A DNA stretch of 63,561 bases, the filler included. It is 7 parts of 7 records of this genome, joined end to end, with 100 filler letters (N's around TTAATTAATTAA, not from the genome) between each part and the next. Parts side by side here need not be neighbours in the genome. Positions count along the whole stretch, not along the records: positions 5,157 to 10,656 come from SRR20825010_1261; positions 10,757 to 17,664 come from SRR20825010_1265; positions 17,765 to 24,133 come from SRR20825010_1272; 4 more parts are not named here. The stretch is one strand, 5' to 3'. Below the pieces are notes generated by a model. It ran no database searches. It was not told the origin of the DNA and worked only from the letters and a program-made list of their open reading frames with translations. The position numbers and the translations under genes were made by a program. Of this stretch, positions 9,469-18,737 are shown piece after piece (the stretch's first letter is position 1; every line of letters starts with the position of its first letter).

Positions 9469-10656
9469 ATGGCAGACAATCTGACTAAGCCTCTCTTTCG
9501 TGTTTTTCCGAAACATATTTTTCTCTCTGCTGCCGCACTTGGCCTCACTGCTATCGTGTCGCTTCCGCAAGCCGCCCACGCCAATACGCTCGGCACACTG
9601 AGCATCACACCTGATGATGCCAACGCCGCAGACTCATCGAGTCTTCTGGGCGGCACATCAGGGCAGGGCAACATCACCGCCAATCGTACCCTGGCCATTA
9701 TGCCGGGTGACACACTGGATGGCGTTCTCACCCGCATCGGCATTTCCGCCTCGCAGCGCGCCTCTGCACTCAAGGCCATGGCCGAGCTTTATGACATCGA
9801 CCAGATCAAGGCCGGAGATCAGATCGAAGTTTCCATGCGCGCCAGCCTCAATGGTTCCGGCGCGACACATCTCGTCGCCCTGCAATTGCGTCCCGCCTAT
9901 AAGGGCAATCTTGCGATCGTCGCTGGCGCTGACGGTGCATTCCATCGTCTGGGCACGCGTCTTCCTTCCACCGTCAAGCACAGCCAGACTGTTTCGGTTG
10001 GCATCACCACACGCACTGGCAGCATTCACGAAAACCTGGCTGACGATCTTGCCGCGGCCAAAGTGCCGGCCGACGTCGCAGAAGACGTGATTGTGGCTTT
10101 CGCCGCTGACCCGGAAATTCCGGCCGCGCCCGGCACCGGCTCGCGCTTCACAGTGGTCTACGAAACTTCCAAAACCAAATCCGGCATAGCCCATGTCATG
10201 CGTTATGCCGATCTCGAAATGCAGGGCAATAGCCGCCGCGTCTATCGTTACGAGACCAATGACGGCAATGTGGCCTTCATGGAAGAGACGGGGCGCGGTG
10301 TTGTACCCATGGCGCTCGCAGCTCCCATCCGCAATGCCCGTATTACTTCACCATTTGGCTGGCGCATTCATCCGGTTCTGAAGGTCCGTAAATTCCATAA
10401 CGGAACCGATTTTGCGGCCCCCAAGGGCACGCCGATCTATGCCGCCGAAGATGGTATTGTCCAAAACATGGGCTGGCGCGGCAATTACGGCCGCTACATG
10501 AAAATCGTCCATAATGACCGTGTAGCCACCACTTATGGTCACATGTCGGGTTTTGCCAAAGGCCTGAAAAACGGCGCCCGCGTCAAAAAGGGCCAGATTA
10601 TAGCCTATGTAGGCAGCTCCGGCCTCTCCACCGGCAACCACCTCTATTTTGAAGTC
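9469..10656 (+). CDS. M23 family peptidoglycan DD-metalloendopeptidase (3' truncated)
   Basis: Motifs ITSPFGWRIHP, HNGTDF (HxxxD), YGHMS and GLSTGNHLYFEV. N-terminal signal/TM segment and a LysM/OapA-like region. Confidence 0.9.
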
Positions 10657-10756
10657 NNNNNNNNNNNNNNNNNNNNNNNNNNNNNNNNNNNNNNNNNNNN
10701 TTAATTAATTAANNNNNNNNNNNNNNNNNNNNNNNNNNNNNNNNNNNNNNNNNNNN
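10657..10756. other. Artificial contig linker
   Basis: N44-TTAATTAATTAA-N44. Confidence 0.98.
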
Positions 10757-12078
10757 CGCCGGATCCCGCCCTCGCCGGATCGATCATGGCCGAGGCCCTC
10801 GCCGGTTCCCCCTCCTCCAATCTCAAACTCGTCGGCGTCACCGGCACCAACGGCAAGAGCACCATCACCTCGCTCCTCAGCCAACTGGCCAACCACGCCC
10901 ACCTCCGCTGCGGCCTCATCGGCACCGTCGAGATCGACGACGGCTCGGGAACTGTCCCCTCCGACTTCACCACCCCGCCCGCCGAACGCCTCAGCACACT
11001 CATCGGCCGCATGGTCGACAACAACTGCCACGCCGCCGCCATCGAGGTCTCCAGCCACGCCCTCGACCAGCACCGCGTCTCCGGCCTCTCCTTCGCCGCC
11101 GCCGTCTTCACCAACCTCACCGGAGACCACCTCGACTACCACAAGGACATGGCCTCCTACGCCGCCGCCAAGGCCCGCCTCTTCTCCGCCCTCGCACCCG
11201 ACAGCATCGCCGTCGTCAACGCCGACGACCCAGCCTCACGCCGCATGCTCGAGGATTGCCCGGCCACCGTCTACCGCTGCACCCTCGCCACCGCCCCCCA
11301 ACAGCTCGACTCCCGCGCCGCCCGCCACAACCCCAGCGTCGAGGTCCTCCACACCGACTCCCGCGGCATGCGCATCCGCCTCGCCGGCGCATGGGGCACC
11401 ATCGAGACCCAAACCACCCTCCTCGGCCTCCACAACGCGATGAACCTGCTCCAGGCGGTGGTCGTCGCCGCACACACCCTCGAACTCAGCCCCGAGACCA
11501 TCGCCGCCGCCGTCCCCCGCCTGCACCCGCCCGCCGGACGCCTCGAGCGCGTGGACACCGACCGCGACGATGTCACCGTCTTCGTCGATTTTGCCCACAC
11601 CGACGACGCGCTCACCGCCGCCCTCCGCGCCGCCCGGCTCGCGACACCTACGGACGCCTCGCTCTGGGCCGTTTTCGGCTGCGGCGGAAACAAGGACCGC
11701 GCCAAGCGCCCCCGCATGGGCCTCGCTGCCGCGACGCTCGCCGACCACGCCGTCGTCACCAGCGACAACCCCCGCACCGAAGACCCGGACGCGATCATCG
11801 ACGAGGTCATCACCGGCATCCCCGCCGACCGCCAAGACACCGTCCGCCGCGACGCCGACCGCCGGGCCGCGATCCTCGCCACCATCGCCGACGCCGCCCC
11901 CGGCGACGTCATCGTCATCGCCGGCAAGGGGCACGAGCGCGAGCAGGTCATCCCCGACGGCGCGGGCGGCACCCGCACCATCCCCTTCCACGACCACGAG
12001 ATCGCCCGCGAAGCCTTGCGCGCGCGCCACGCCGCCGCCACCGATAGACCTCGCTCGGTCAACGGGGGCGTCGCATGA
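10757..12078 (+). CDS. murE: UDP-MurNAc-Ala-Glu--meso-DAP ligase (5' truncated)
   Basis: Motifs GVTGTNGKST, TTP, EVSSHAL, TNLTGDHLDYH, VDFAHT, TSDNPR (DNPR indicates meso-DAP specificity) and AGKGHE. Confidence 0.93.
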
Positions 12079-13493
12079 CCGCCGCCTCGTTCTGGACGCA
12101 CGACTCGGTCCGTGTCGCTATGGGCGCTGTCTGGGCCACCCGCCCCGAACTGCTGCCCCAGATGCGCAGCGGCGCCGCCATCGACACCCGCGAGCTCCAG
12201 CCCGGCGAGGTCTTCTTCGCCCTCCGGGGCGACCACACCGACGGCCACCGGTTCCTCGCCCAGGCCGCCGACGCCGGTGCCGCCATGGCCGTCATCGACG
12301 ACCCCGACGCCCTCGATACCGCCCCCGACTCCCTGCCCGTGGTGCGCGTCGGCGACACCCGCGCCGCCCTCGGCAAGCTCGCCTCCTCCTACCGCTCCAC
12401 CCTCGGCCCCGTCCGCGTCATCGCCGTCACCGGCTCCAACGGCAAGACCACCACCACCCGCATGATCGACGCCTGCCTCTCGACCACCCTCCGGGGCCAC
12501 GCCTCGCGCAAGAGCTTCAACAACGACCTCGGCGTCCCCCTCACCATCCTCGGCGTCCGCTCCGGAGACCAGTACCTGCTCTGCGAGGTCGGCGCCAACG
12601 CCCCCGGCGAGATCGAGCAACTCAGCCGCATCATCCGCCCCCACGTCGTCGTCATCACCAACGTCGGCCGCGCCCACCTCGAGGGCTTCGGCTCGATCGA
12701 GGGCGTCGCCTCCGAGAAGGCCTCGCTCGCAGAGCACCTCGAGCCCGGCGGCGTGGTCATGCTCTCGGCCGACAGCGAGCCCCTCCGCCCCTGGCGCGAC
12801 CGCTTCGAGCGAGTCCTCACCTTCGGCACAAGCCCCGAGGCCGATCTCCGCGTCGGCGAGGTGCACCAGACCATCGACGGCATCACGTTCACGCTCAACG
12901 AGCGCGAGCAATTCTCGCTCCCCATGCTCGGCCCGCACAACGCGCTCAACGCCGCCGCCGCGATCGCCGTCGCTCGCCGCGTCGGCGTCGACAGCGAGCA
13001 CGCCCGCGAAGGGCTCGCCGCCTTCGAGCCGCCCCCCATGCGCCTCGCGCTCCAACGCTCCGGCGGCCTCACCATCATCAACGACGCCTACAACGCCAAC
13101 CCCGACTCCATGCTCGCCGGACTCCGCACCCTCAAGCAGGTCACCCCGGCGGGCGCCCGACGAGTCGCCGTCCTCGGCGACATGCTCGAACTCGGCGAAC
13201 ACGCCGAGCAGGCCCACCGCGAGATCGCCGACGCCATCGTCCGCGAAGACCTCGCCGACCTGGTCATCGGCGTCGGCCCCGCAGCCTCCGCCATGGTCGC
13301 CCCGCTCCGCGCCACCGGCCTCAGCGTCGAGAGCCTGCCGACGCTCGACAAAGCCTCGATGAGCACCATCCTCGAAACCCTCCGCCCCGGCGATGTTGTC
13401 CTGCTCAAAGGCTCACGCCGGACCGGCCTCGAACGCGTCGCCGAGGCCTGGCGCGTCGCGTCCGAGCCCTCGGCCGCGGGCGGACCCGTCTGA
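12075..13493 (+). CDS. murF: UDP-MurNAc-tripeptide--D-Ala-D-Ala ligase
   Basis: Motifs IDTR, VTGSNGKTTT, SFNNDLGVPLT, NDAYNANPDSM, LGDMLELG and LLKGSR. ATGA overlap with murE. Confidence 0.95.
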   Translation: MTAASFWTHDSVRVAMGAVWATRPELLPQMRSGAAIDTRELQPGEVFFALRGDHTDGHRFLAQAADAGAAMAVIDDPDALDTAPDSLPVVRVGDTRAALGKLASSYRSTLGPVRVIAVTGSNGKTTTTRMIDACLSTTLRGHASRKSFNNDLGVPLTILGVRSGDQYLLCEVGANAPGEIEQLSRIIRPHVVVITNVGRAHLEGFGSIEGVASEKASLAEHLEPGGVVMLSADSEPLRPWRDRFERVLTFGTSPEADLRVGEVHQTIDGITFTLNEREQFSLPMLGPHNALNAAAAIAVARRVGVDSEHAREGLAAFEPPPMRLALQRSGGLTIINDAYNANPDSMLAGLRTLKQVTPAGARRVAVLGDMLELGEHAEQAHREIADAIVREDLADLVIGVGPAASAMVAPLRATGLSVESLPTLDKASMSTILETLRPGDVVLLKGSRRTGLERVAEAWRVASEPSAAGGPV

Positions 13494-13496
13494 CCC

Positions 13497-14669
13497 ATGC
13501 TCTATCTGCTCTATGAAAAACTCCGCGCGTGGGTCTACGAGCACGGGCTCGACGGGCCCTTCGGCGTGCTCGACCAGATCGAGTTCCGCGCGCTCGCCGC
13601 CGCCGGCCTCTCCTTCGCCATCGTGCTGCTGATGGGCAAGCGGGTCATCGCCCTGCTCGCCCGCCTCAAGATCGGCGACGCCGGCCTCTCCGACGCCGAG
13701 TCCCTCCGCCGCATCGCCGCCAGCAAGTCCAACACGCCGACCATGGGCGGCATCCTCATCGCCGGCGCCATCTTCCTCTCCACATTCCTTCTCGCCGACA
13801 TCTCCGAGCGGTGGGTCCAACTCGGCCTCGTCGTGCTGCTCTGGATGGCCGGCGTCGGCGCCGCCGACGACTGGCTCAAGATGACCGCCGCCCGCCGCGG
13901 CAGCTCACGCCAGGGCCTCCACGCCTGGGAGAAACTCGTCTTCCAGATCGGCATCGGTGCCATCGTCGGCTACTTCAGCTACCGCGCCGGCCTCAGCGAG
14001 GCCCCCGTCGACACCGCCCATGTCCTCAACCTGCCCTTCCAGAAGACCTACGAGTCCGCCGTCACCGACCGCCTCGGCGCCGGCGTCATCGTCCTGCCCC
14101 TCGGCGTCTTCGTCGTTTCTTCGGTGCTGATGATCGCCGGCATGAGCAACGCCGTGAACATCACCGACGGCATGGACGGCCTCGCCTCCGGCATCAGTGC
14201 CATCGTCGCCCTCGGTCTTGTGGTTCTCGCCCTCGTTGCCGGCCGGCAGAGCTGGGCCCAGACGCTGCTCGTCCCCTCCGTCGCCGGCTCCGGCGAACTC
14301 GCCGTGCTCGCCGGCTCGATGGCCGGCGCCTGCCTCGGCTTCCTGTGGTTCAACTGCTCCCCCGCGCAGGTCTTCATGGGCGACACCGGCTCGCTCTGCC
14401 TCGGCGGCCTCATCGGCTACACCGCCCTCGTCGTCCGCCAGGAAGCGGTCGTCCTCCTGATGTCCGGCGTCTTCCTTGTCGAGATCGCCTCCGTGGTCAT
14501 CCAGGTCGGCTACTTCAAGTCCACCGGCGGCAAGCGCGTCTTCCGCTGCGCGCCCTACCACCACCACCTCCACCTCGGCGGCTGGACCGAGCAGCAGATC
14601 GTCGCCAGACTCTGGATCGTCACCGTCCTGCTGCTGGTCTTCGCGCTGGCGTCAATCAAGGTCCGCTGA
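13497..14669 (+). CDS. mraY: Phospho-N-acetylmuramoyl-pentapeptide transferase
   Basis: Motifs TPTMGG, DDWLK, SNAVNITDGMDGL, FMGDTGSL and APYHHH. Multi-pass membrane protein. Confidence 0.95.
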   Translation: MLYLLYEKLRAWVYEHGLDGPFGVLDQIEFRALAAAGLSFAIVLLMGKRVIALLARLKIGDAGLSDAESLRRIAASKSNTPTMGGILIAGAIFLSTFLLADISERWVQLGLVVLLWMAGVGAADDWLKMTAARRGSSRQGLHAWEKLVFQIGIGAIVGYFSYRAGLSEAPVDTAHVLNLPFQKTYESAVTDRLGAGVIVLPLGVFVVSSVLMIAGMSNAVNITDGMDGLASGISAIVALGLVVLALVAGRQSWAQTLLVPSVAGSGELAVLAGSMAGACLGFLWFNCSPAQVFMGDTGSLCLGGLIGYTALVVRQEAVVLLMSGVFLVEIASVVIQVGYFKSTGGKRVFRCAPYHHHLHLGGWTEQQIVARLWIVTVLLLVFALASIKVR

Positions 14670-14711
14670 ACGCGCCCCAAAGCGCCCCGCCCGGGACCGC
14701 CGCGCCGAGAT

Positions 14712-15941
14712 TCACCACGACACGACCGGTCGCGTCAGCACCACCCGGTCCTGCACCGAGCCGCCCCGCCCGCTCGCGATCTCTACCGACAGCCCGGGAA
14801 GCCCCGCCAGCGGCACGTTGATCTCCACGCTCGGCCGCTCGGCCCACAGCCGCTCCCGCAGCACCTCGCGCCCGTCCGCCGTCAAGACCACGATCTCGCA
14901 ATCACCCCACGCCCACATCGCCGGCGGCAGCGTCACCGTCGCCGCGAACCGGGACGCCGGCCGAGCAAACGACCACCGCACCACCACGGGCCCGCGCAGC
15001 GCGATGCTGTCGAAGCCGACTCCCGGATCGGCCTCCGTCTCCAGCCCCCGCCCCCGCACCGCCGCATCAGGCGACGAGACCTCCGCCGGCTCGATCTTCG
15101 CCAGCGACGCCACCGCGTTGGGCGCAAACAGCACCGACCGCACGCGCTGGCCCGGCAGCGTGATCTCCGAGGTGTCGCCCTGATGGTCCAGCACCGCCGT
15201 CATCTCGCCCGTCAGCGAGAACCGCACCTCGTCAACCGTGATGACCGACCCGCCGGTCGTGCGCACGACCATGCCCTCCGGTGCCTCGGTCGGGTTGGCC
15301 AGCAGCACGCCCGCCACGCGGTCCAGCGGCATCGAGATCACCTCATCGCCCGCCTCCACCCGCACCTGCTCGTCGATCGAATCGACAAACCCGTCGAGCG
15401 CATCACCGTTGCGCAGCGCGACCAGATCGCCCACCGTATTCCAGTTCGACCGCGTGATGGGGCCGAGCGGGCCGTAGAGCTCCGCCGACACAATCTGCTC
15501 GAGCCCGACCGACAGCACCAGCGCATCCTCGACAAACCACGATACCGACTGCCCGCTCGCACTCAGCGGCGTGCCCACCCACACCTGCCCGTCGGTCAGC
15601 TCCAGCCGGCCGACAAACGCCTTGATGTCCTCGAGCTCGTCCTCGCGCACGCCGGGGCTGAACCGGTCGAGCTGCCGCGTGATCCATGGCAGCTCGCGGG
15701 GCGCCCGCTCCGCCGGCGCCAGCTCGTGGACCGCCACGACGAAGTCCGTCACCGGCCGCTGCTGCGACCGGCCGTGCTCGTCGATGAACGACACCACGCC
15801 GCCCTCCAGCGTCGTCAGCTCGCCGACCTGTTCGCTCAGGTCTCGCGCGACAAACCGCCAAGAGTTCTGCGCCCGCGCAGCGCCCGCCAGACAGGCAACG
15901 CCCGCCGCCGCGATCAGGATGCCCAGTGTGCGTGCTGTCAT
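14712..15941 (-). CDS. Exported hypothetical protein with degenerate C-terminal NPCBM-like domain
   Basis: Signal peptide MTARTLGILIAAAG, repeated L.L.DG/LRNGD.L.G beta-hairpin motifs, and a C-terminal jelly-roll-like region ending GRGGSVQDRVVL. ATGA overlap with the upstream gene. Confidence 0.6.
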   Translation of the reverse strand: MTARTLGILIAAAGVACLAGAARAQNSWRFVARDLSEQVGELTTLEGGVVSFIDEHGRSQQRPVTDFVVAVHELAPAERAPRELPWITRQLDRFSPGVREDELEDIKAFVGRLELTDGQVWVGTPLSASGQSVSWFVEDALVLSVGLEQIVSAELYGPLGPITRSNWNTVGDLVALRNGDALDGFVDSIDEQVRVEAGDEVISMPLDRVAGVLLANPTEAPEGMVVRTTGGSVITVDEVRFSLTGEMTAVLDHQGDTSEITLPGQRVRSVLFAPNAVASLAKIEPAEVSSPDAAVRGRGLETEADPGVGFDSIALRGPVVVRWSFARPASRFAATVTLPPAMWAWGDCEIVVLTADGREVLRERLWAERPSVEINVPLAGLPGLSVEIASGRGGSVQDRVVLTRPVVSW

Positions 15942-17020
15942 TTCTGGAAGATCGGCAGATACCGCTTGGGCATCTGGAGGATGATGAGCGCCATCGACGT
16001 GCCGTACGCGTCGCCGATCGAAGAATCCGTCCACGAGCCGTCGTCGTTCTGGGCCTTGAGCAGCTGCTCGCGGATCGCCGGCCACCACGACGCCCAATAC
16101 TCTCCCCCCGCCAGATACATCGTCTGCACCGCGTAGTAGTGCCCGTAGAAGTAGTGCGCCGTGTTCACCTCACGCCCCGGCGTGGCGCTCGCCTGCAGAT
16201 ACGCAAGCCCGCGGTCGATCGCGTCGTCCTCGTAGATGCCCGCGTAATACAGGCTCGCCACGCCCGCCGCCGACCGAGGCCACGCGCTCGCCCCGCCCTC
16301 GAGCTGGTACTTGAACCCGCCGTCCTGGTTGCGGCACAGCCGGACATACTCCACCGCCCGATCGATCACCTTCTTGTCGATCTCCAGCCCCGCGTTCCGC
16401 GCCGAACGCAGCGCCATGATCTGGCAGATCGTCACCGACACATCCGCGTCGTACGGCACCGGGTTGTACCGCCACCCGCCCTGGTCGTTCTGCGTCCGCT
16501 CGATCAGCCGGCACGCCCGCGTCAGCGACTCGTACACCCGGTCGGCCAGGTCCGTGTCGCCGCCCCCCGCCGTCATGCCGTAGACCTCGCCGAGGAAGAG
16601 CGCCGCGAACCCGTGCCCGTACATCGGTCCGTTCGCGGCCTCCGCCGCGATCAGCCCGTTCTCGTTGCAGTTGGCCAGAATGTACTCCAGCCCCCGCTGC
16701 ACCGCGTCGCCATACTCACCCCGCCCCGGCACGTTGCCATCAGCCATAAACGCCAGACACGCCAGCGACGTGATCGCCACGTTGCGCGCATACCGGCCCG
16801 AGCCGAACGAACCATCATCGAGCTGCTGGCTGGCCAACTCCGCCAGCCCCCGCTGCACCGCCCCGTCCATCGACGGCGTGATCTCGTCGGGCAACGCCGC
16901 GTTCTGGGCCGAGCCCGAGCCCGACCCCGATCCAGATTGGGCATCCTGCGCCGCCACCGGTGCGACACACACACCCACCATCGCCACCGCGGACAACATC
17001 ACCAGACGGGTTCGGCTCAT
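15938..17020 (-). CDS. Prenyltransferase/squalene oxidase repeat (terpene cyclase-fold) exported protein
   Basis: Repeats RGLAELASQQLDDGSF, MYGHGFAALFL, TQNDQGGWRY, QIMALRSARNAG, YYAVQ and QNDDGSW, ending LPIFQK. Signal peptide present. Confidence 0.85.
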   Translation of the reverse strand: MSRTRLVMLSAVAMVGVCVAPVAAQDAQSGSGSGSGSAQNAALPDEITPSMDGAVQRGLAELASQQLDDGSFGSGRYARNVAITSLACLAFMADGNVPGRGEYGDAVQRGLEYILANCNENGLIAAEAANGPMYGHGFAALFLGEVYGMTAGGGDTDLADRVYESLTRACRLIERTQNDQGGWRYNPVPYDADVSVTICQIMALRSARNAGLEIDKKVIDRAVEYVRLCRNQDGGFKYQLEGGASAWPRSAAGVASLYYAGIYEDDAIDRGLAYLQASATPGREVNTAHYFYGHYYAVQTMYLAGGEYWASWWPAIREQLLKAQNDDGSWTDSSIGDAYGTSMALIILQMPKRYLPIFQK

Positions 17021-17664
17021 TCCTTCGGGTCCTCCGCCAGCCTGCGGTAATACTCCTCGGTCAGCCGACGGTACGTCGCGCTGAACCGATCGCTCGCCCC
17101 CTGCACCAACGCCTCGCGGAACCGCGCCGGCAGGTTGCCCCACGCCGCCAGGTCCGCGGCCTGCTCCGGCCCGAGCGCCCCGTCCTGCCCACCCGGCGCG
17201 TTCGCCTCGCCCCGGTTGTCCCCCTGAGACGCCTGAGGCGAAGACTGCTGGCCCGGCTGCTGTTGCTGCTGGCCCTGCTGCTGCTGACTGGAACTCGACG
17301 ACGACGAGCTGCTCTGCTGCCCGCGCTGCTGTGCATCGGCGATCAACTTGTCCAACGCCCGCAGCACGTCCTCCTGCATCCGCTGCGTCGTCAGCCCGGT
17401 GTCCCGCGCCGCGCCCAGCCGCTCCGCCGAACGGTTCATCAGGTCCACCGCCGAACGAAATTCATCGACGATCTCCTGCCCCGAGAGCAACCGGTCGAGC
17501 TCGGTCTCGCCCGTCTCCTCGGGCAACTCGACCGCCTCGCCCCCTTCTGAGGCCCCGCCCTCCGTGCCCAGCAACTCATCGAGCGTCGGCAACGGGTCCG
17601 CGTCCTGCGCCGCCGCGGGCGCAACACCCCAACCGGCAAACGCCATCACCACACCCATCAACAC
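17017..17664 (-). CDS. Hypothetical exported protein (5' truncated), helical with Q/S-rich linker
   Basis: Motifs LPTLDELLG, SSSSSSSQQQQ linker and WGNLPARFRE...YYRRLAE C-terminus. Overlaps the start of the next gene. Confidence 0.7.
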   Translation of the reverse strand: MLMGVVMAFAGWGVAPAAAQDADPLPTLDELLGTEGGASEGGEAVELPEETGETELDRLLSGQEIVDEFRSAVDLMNRSAERLGAARDTGLTTQRMQEDVLRALDKLIADAQQRGQQSSSSSSSSSQQQQGQQQQQPGQQSSPQASQGDNRGEANAPGGQDGALGPEQAADLAAWGNLPARFREALVQGASDRFSATYRRLTEEYYRRLAEDPKE

Positions 17665-17764
17665 NNNNNNNNNNNNNNNNNNNNNNNNNNNNNNNNNNNN
17701 NNNNNNNNTTAATTAATTAANNNNNNNNNNNNNNNNNNNNNNNNNNNNNNNNNNNNNNNNNNNN
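17665..17764. other. Artificial contig linker
   Basis: N44-TTAATTAATTAA-N44. Confidence 0.98.
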
Positions 17765-17882
17765 GGAACGACTGTGCTGCCAGGGAGGCTTGCCGCCCTG
17801 ATTTCGGGGGAGAAACCAGGGACTCCAAAAAACTACGGATCAGCGAGGGTACTGGGGGATCGGGGGTGCCAATCCGTAGCTA
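17765..17882 (-). ncRNA. Candidate structured sRNA with C-rich loops
   Basis: Consecutive hairpins on the minus strand with UCCCCC/UCCCU loops, directly downstream of an ECF-type promoter. Confidence 0.35.
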
Positions 17883-17886
17883 TCAA

Positions 17887-17914
17887 TAGGACCGCCGCTT
17901 TTTTCGGAAAGTTC
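17887..17914 (-). promoter_or_regulatory. Putative sigmaE/AlgU-type promoter
   Basis: GAACTT-N17-TCCTA on the minus strand. Confidence 0.5.
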
Positions 17915-17963
17915 CAGGCGGTTTTATCTTTTACAAATTTTACCTTCCAGCCCAACAGCCCTC

Positions 17964-18296
17964 CTACTGCTTCCACGGCTCTCCCCGTGTGCCTTTCATC
18001 CGCTTCAGCTGCCTGTGCATGGCCGCCTTGGCCAGCATGTGTGCCGACACTGGGGCGGTGATGAACAGGAACAGTGTAATCAGCACTTCATGCAGCTGCA
18101 GCCCACGCTCCTGCCAGGAAAAGAACAGTAGCGACGCCACAATGGTGCCGCCCACGCCCAGGGTGGTGGCCTTGGTCGGGCCGTGCAGCCGGGTATAGAA
18201 ATCTGGCAGCCGGGCCAATCCAATGGATCCCACCAACGCAAACACCCCGCCAATAATCACACTGGCTGACACCAGCCACTCAATCAGAGAATCCAT
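17964..18296 (-). CDS. phaG: Mrp/Pha Na+/H+ antiporter subunit G
   Basis: Motifs GLARLPDFYTRLHGPTKATTLG and FITAPVSAH. GAGGTG RBS. Confidence 0.93.
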   Translation of the reverse strand: MDSLIEWLVSASVIIGGVFALVGSIGLARLPDFYTRLHGPTKATTLGVGGTIVASLLFFSWQERGLQLHEVLITLFLFITAPVSAHMLAKAAMHRQLKRMKGTRGEPWKQ

Positions 18297-18310
18297 TAAC
18301 ACCTCGCTTG

Positions 18311-18461
18311 CAGGCCACACGCATCACACAATAACGCGGCCGCCTCAACCAATCCATCACGCATTTTCCCCGCGCGGAGACGTCCAGCCATTCCGCGCGA
18401 AACACCAAAACATCCAGACCTGACACCCCTTCCCGCGTTGTTGCGTGAAGCGTGCAGCCTG
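18311..18461 (-). repeat. 29-bp imperfect inverted repeat enclosing an inner hairpin, in the phaF-phaG spacer
   Basis: Arms at 18311-18339 and 18433-18461. Inner stem CGCGCGGA/TCCGCGCG at 18371-18399. Confidence 0.7.
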
Positions 18462-18467
18462 TTGCGT

Positions 18468-18737
18468 CTACTCAATAATATCCCCGCGGGTGACGTATTT
18501 CGCCACCGCCACGGTGCTGACGAAACCGATCAGGGCGATCAACATGGCCGCTTCAAAATAGAGCTTGCTGTCCACCTGGATTCCATACACCACAATCAAC
18601 GCAATGCTGTTGATGTACATGGTATCCAGTGCCAGCACCCGGTCAGGCAGCGACGGGCCGATAATCAGCCGGTACAGGTTCAGTACCCACGCCAGGGTAA
18701 TCAGCGCCAGGGCAATGGAAAGGGCCGTCTCTAGCAT
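18468..18737 (-). CDS. phaF: Mrp/Pha antiporter subunit F
   Basis: Motifs RLIIGPSLPDRVLALDT and GFVSTVAVAKYVTRGDIIE. Confidence 0.93.
   Translation of the reverse strand: MLETALSIALALITLAWVLNLYRLIIGPSLPDRVLALDTMYINSIALIVVYGIQVDSKLYFEAAMLIALIGFVSTVAVAKYVTRGDIIE

Noticed and set aside
11236..14821. Very long alternative-frame and antisense ORFs (up to 648 aa) over murE/murF/mraY
   Set aside because: They are R/P/G-rich shadows expected from high GC and codon bias, with no recognisable motifs.
15938..17020. Squalene-hopene or oxidosqualene cyclase call
   Set aside because: It is too short (~360 aa), has a signal peptide, and shows no DXDD/DCTAE motif.
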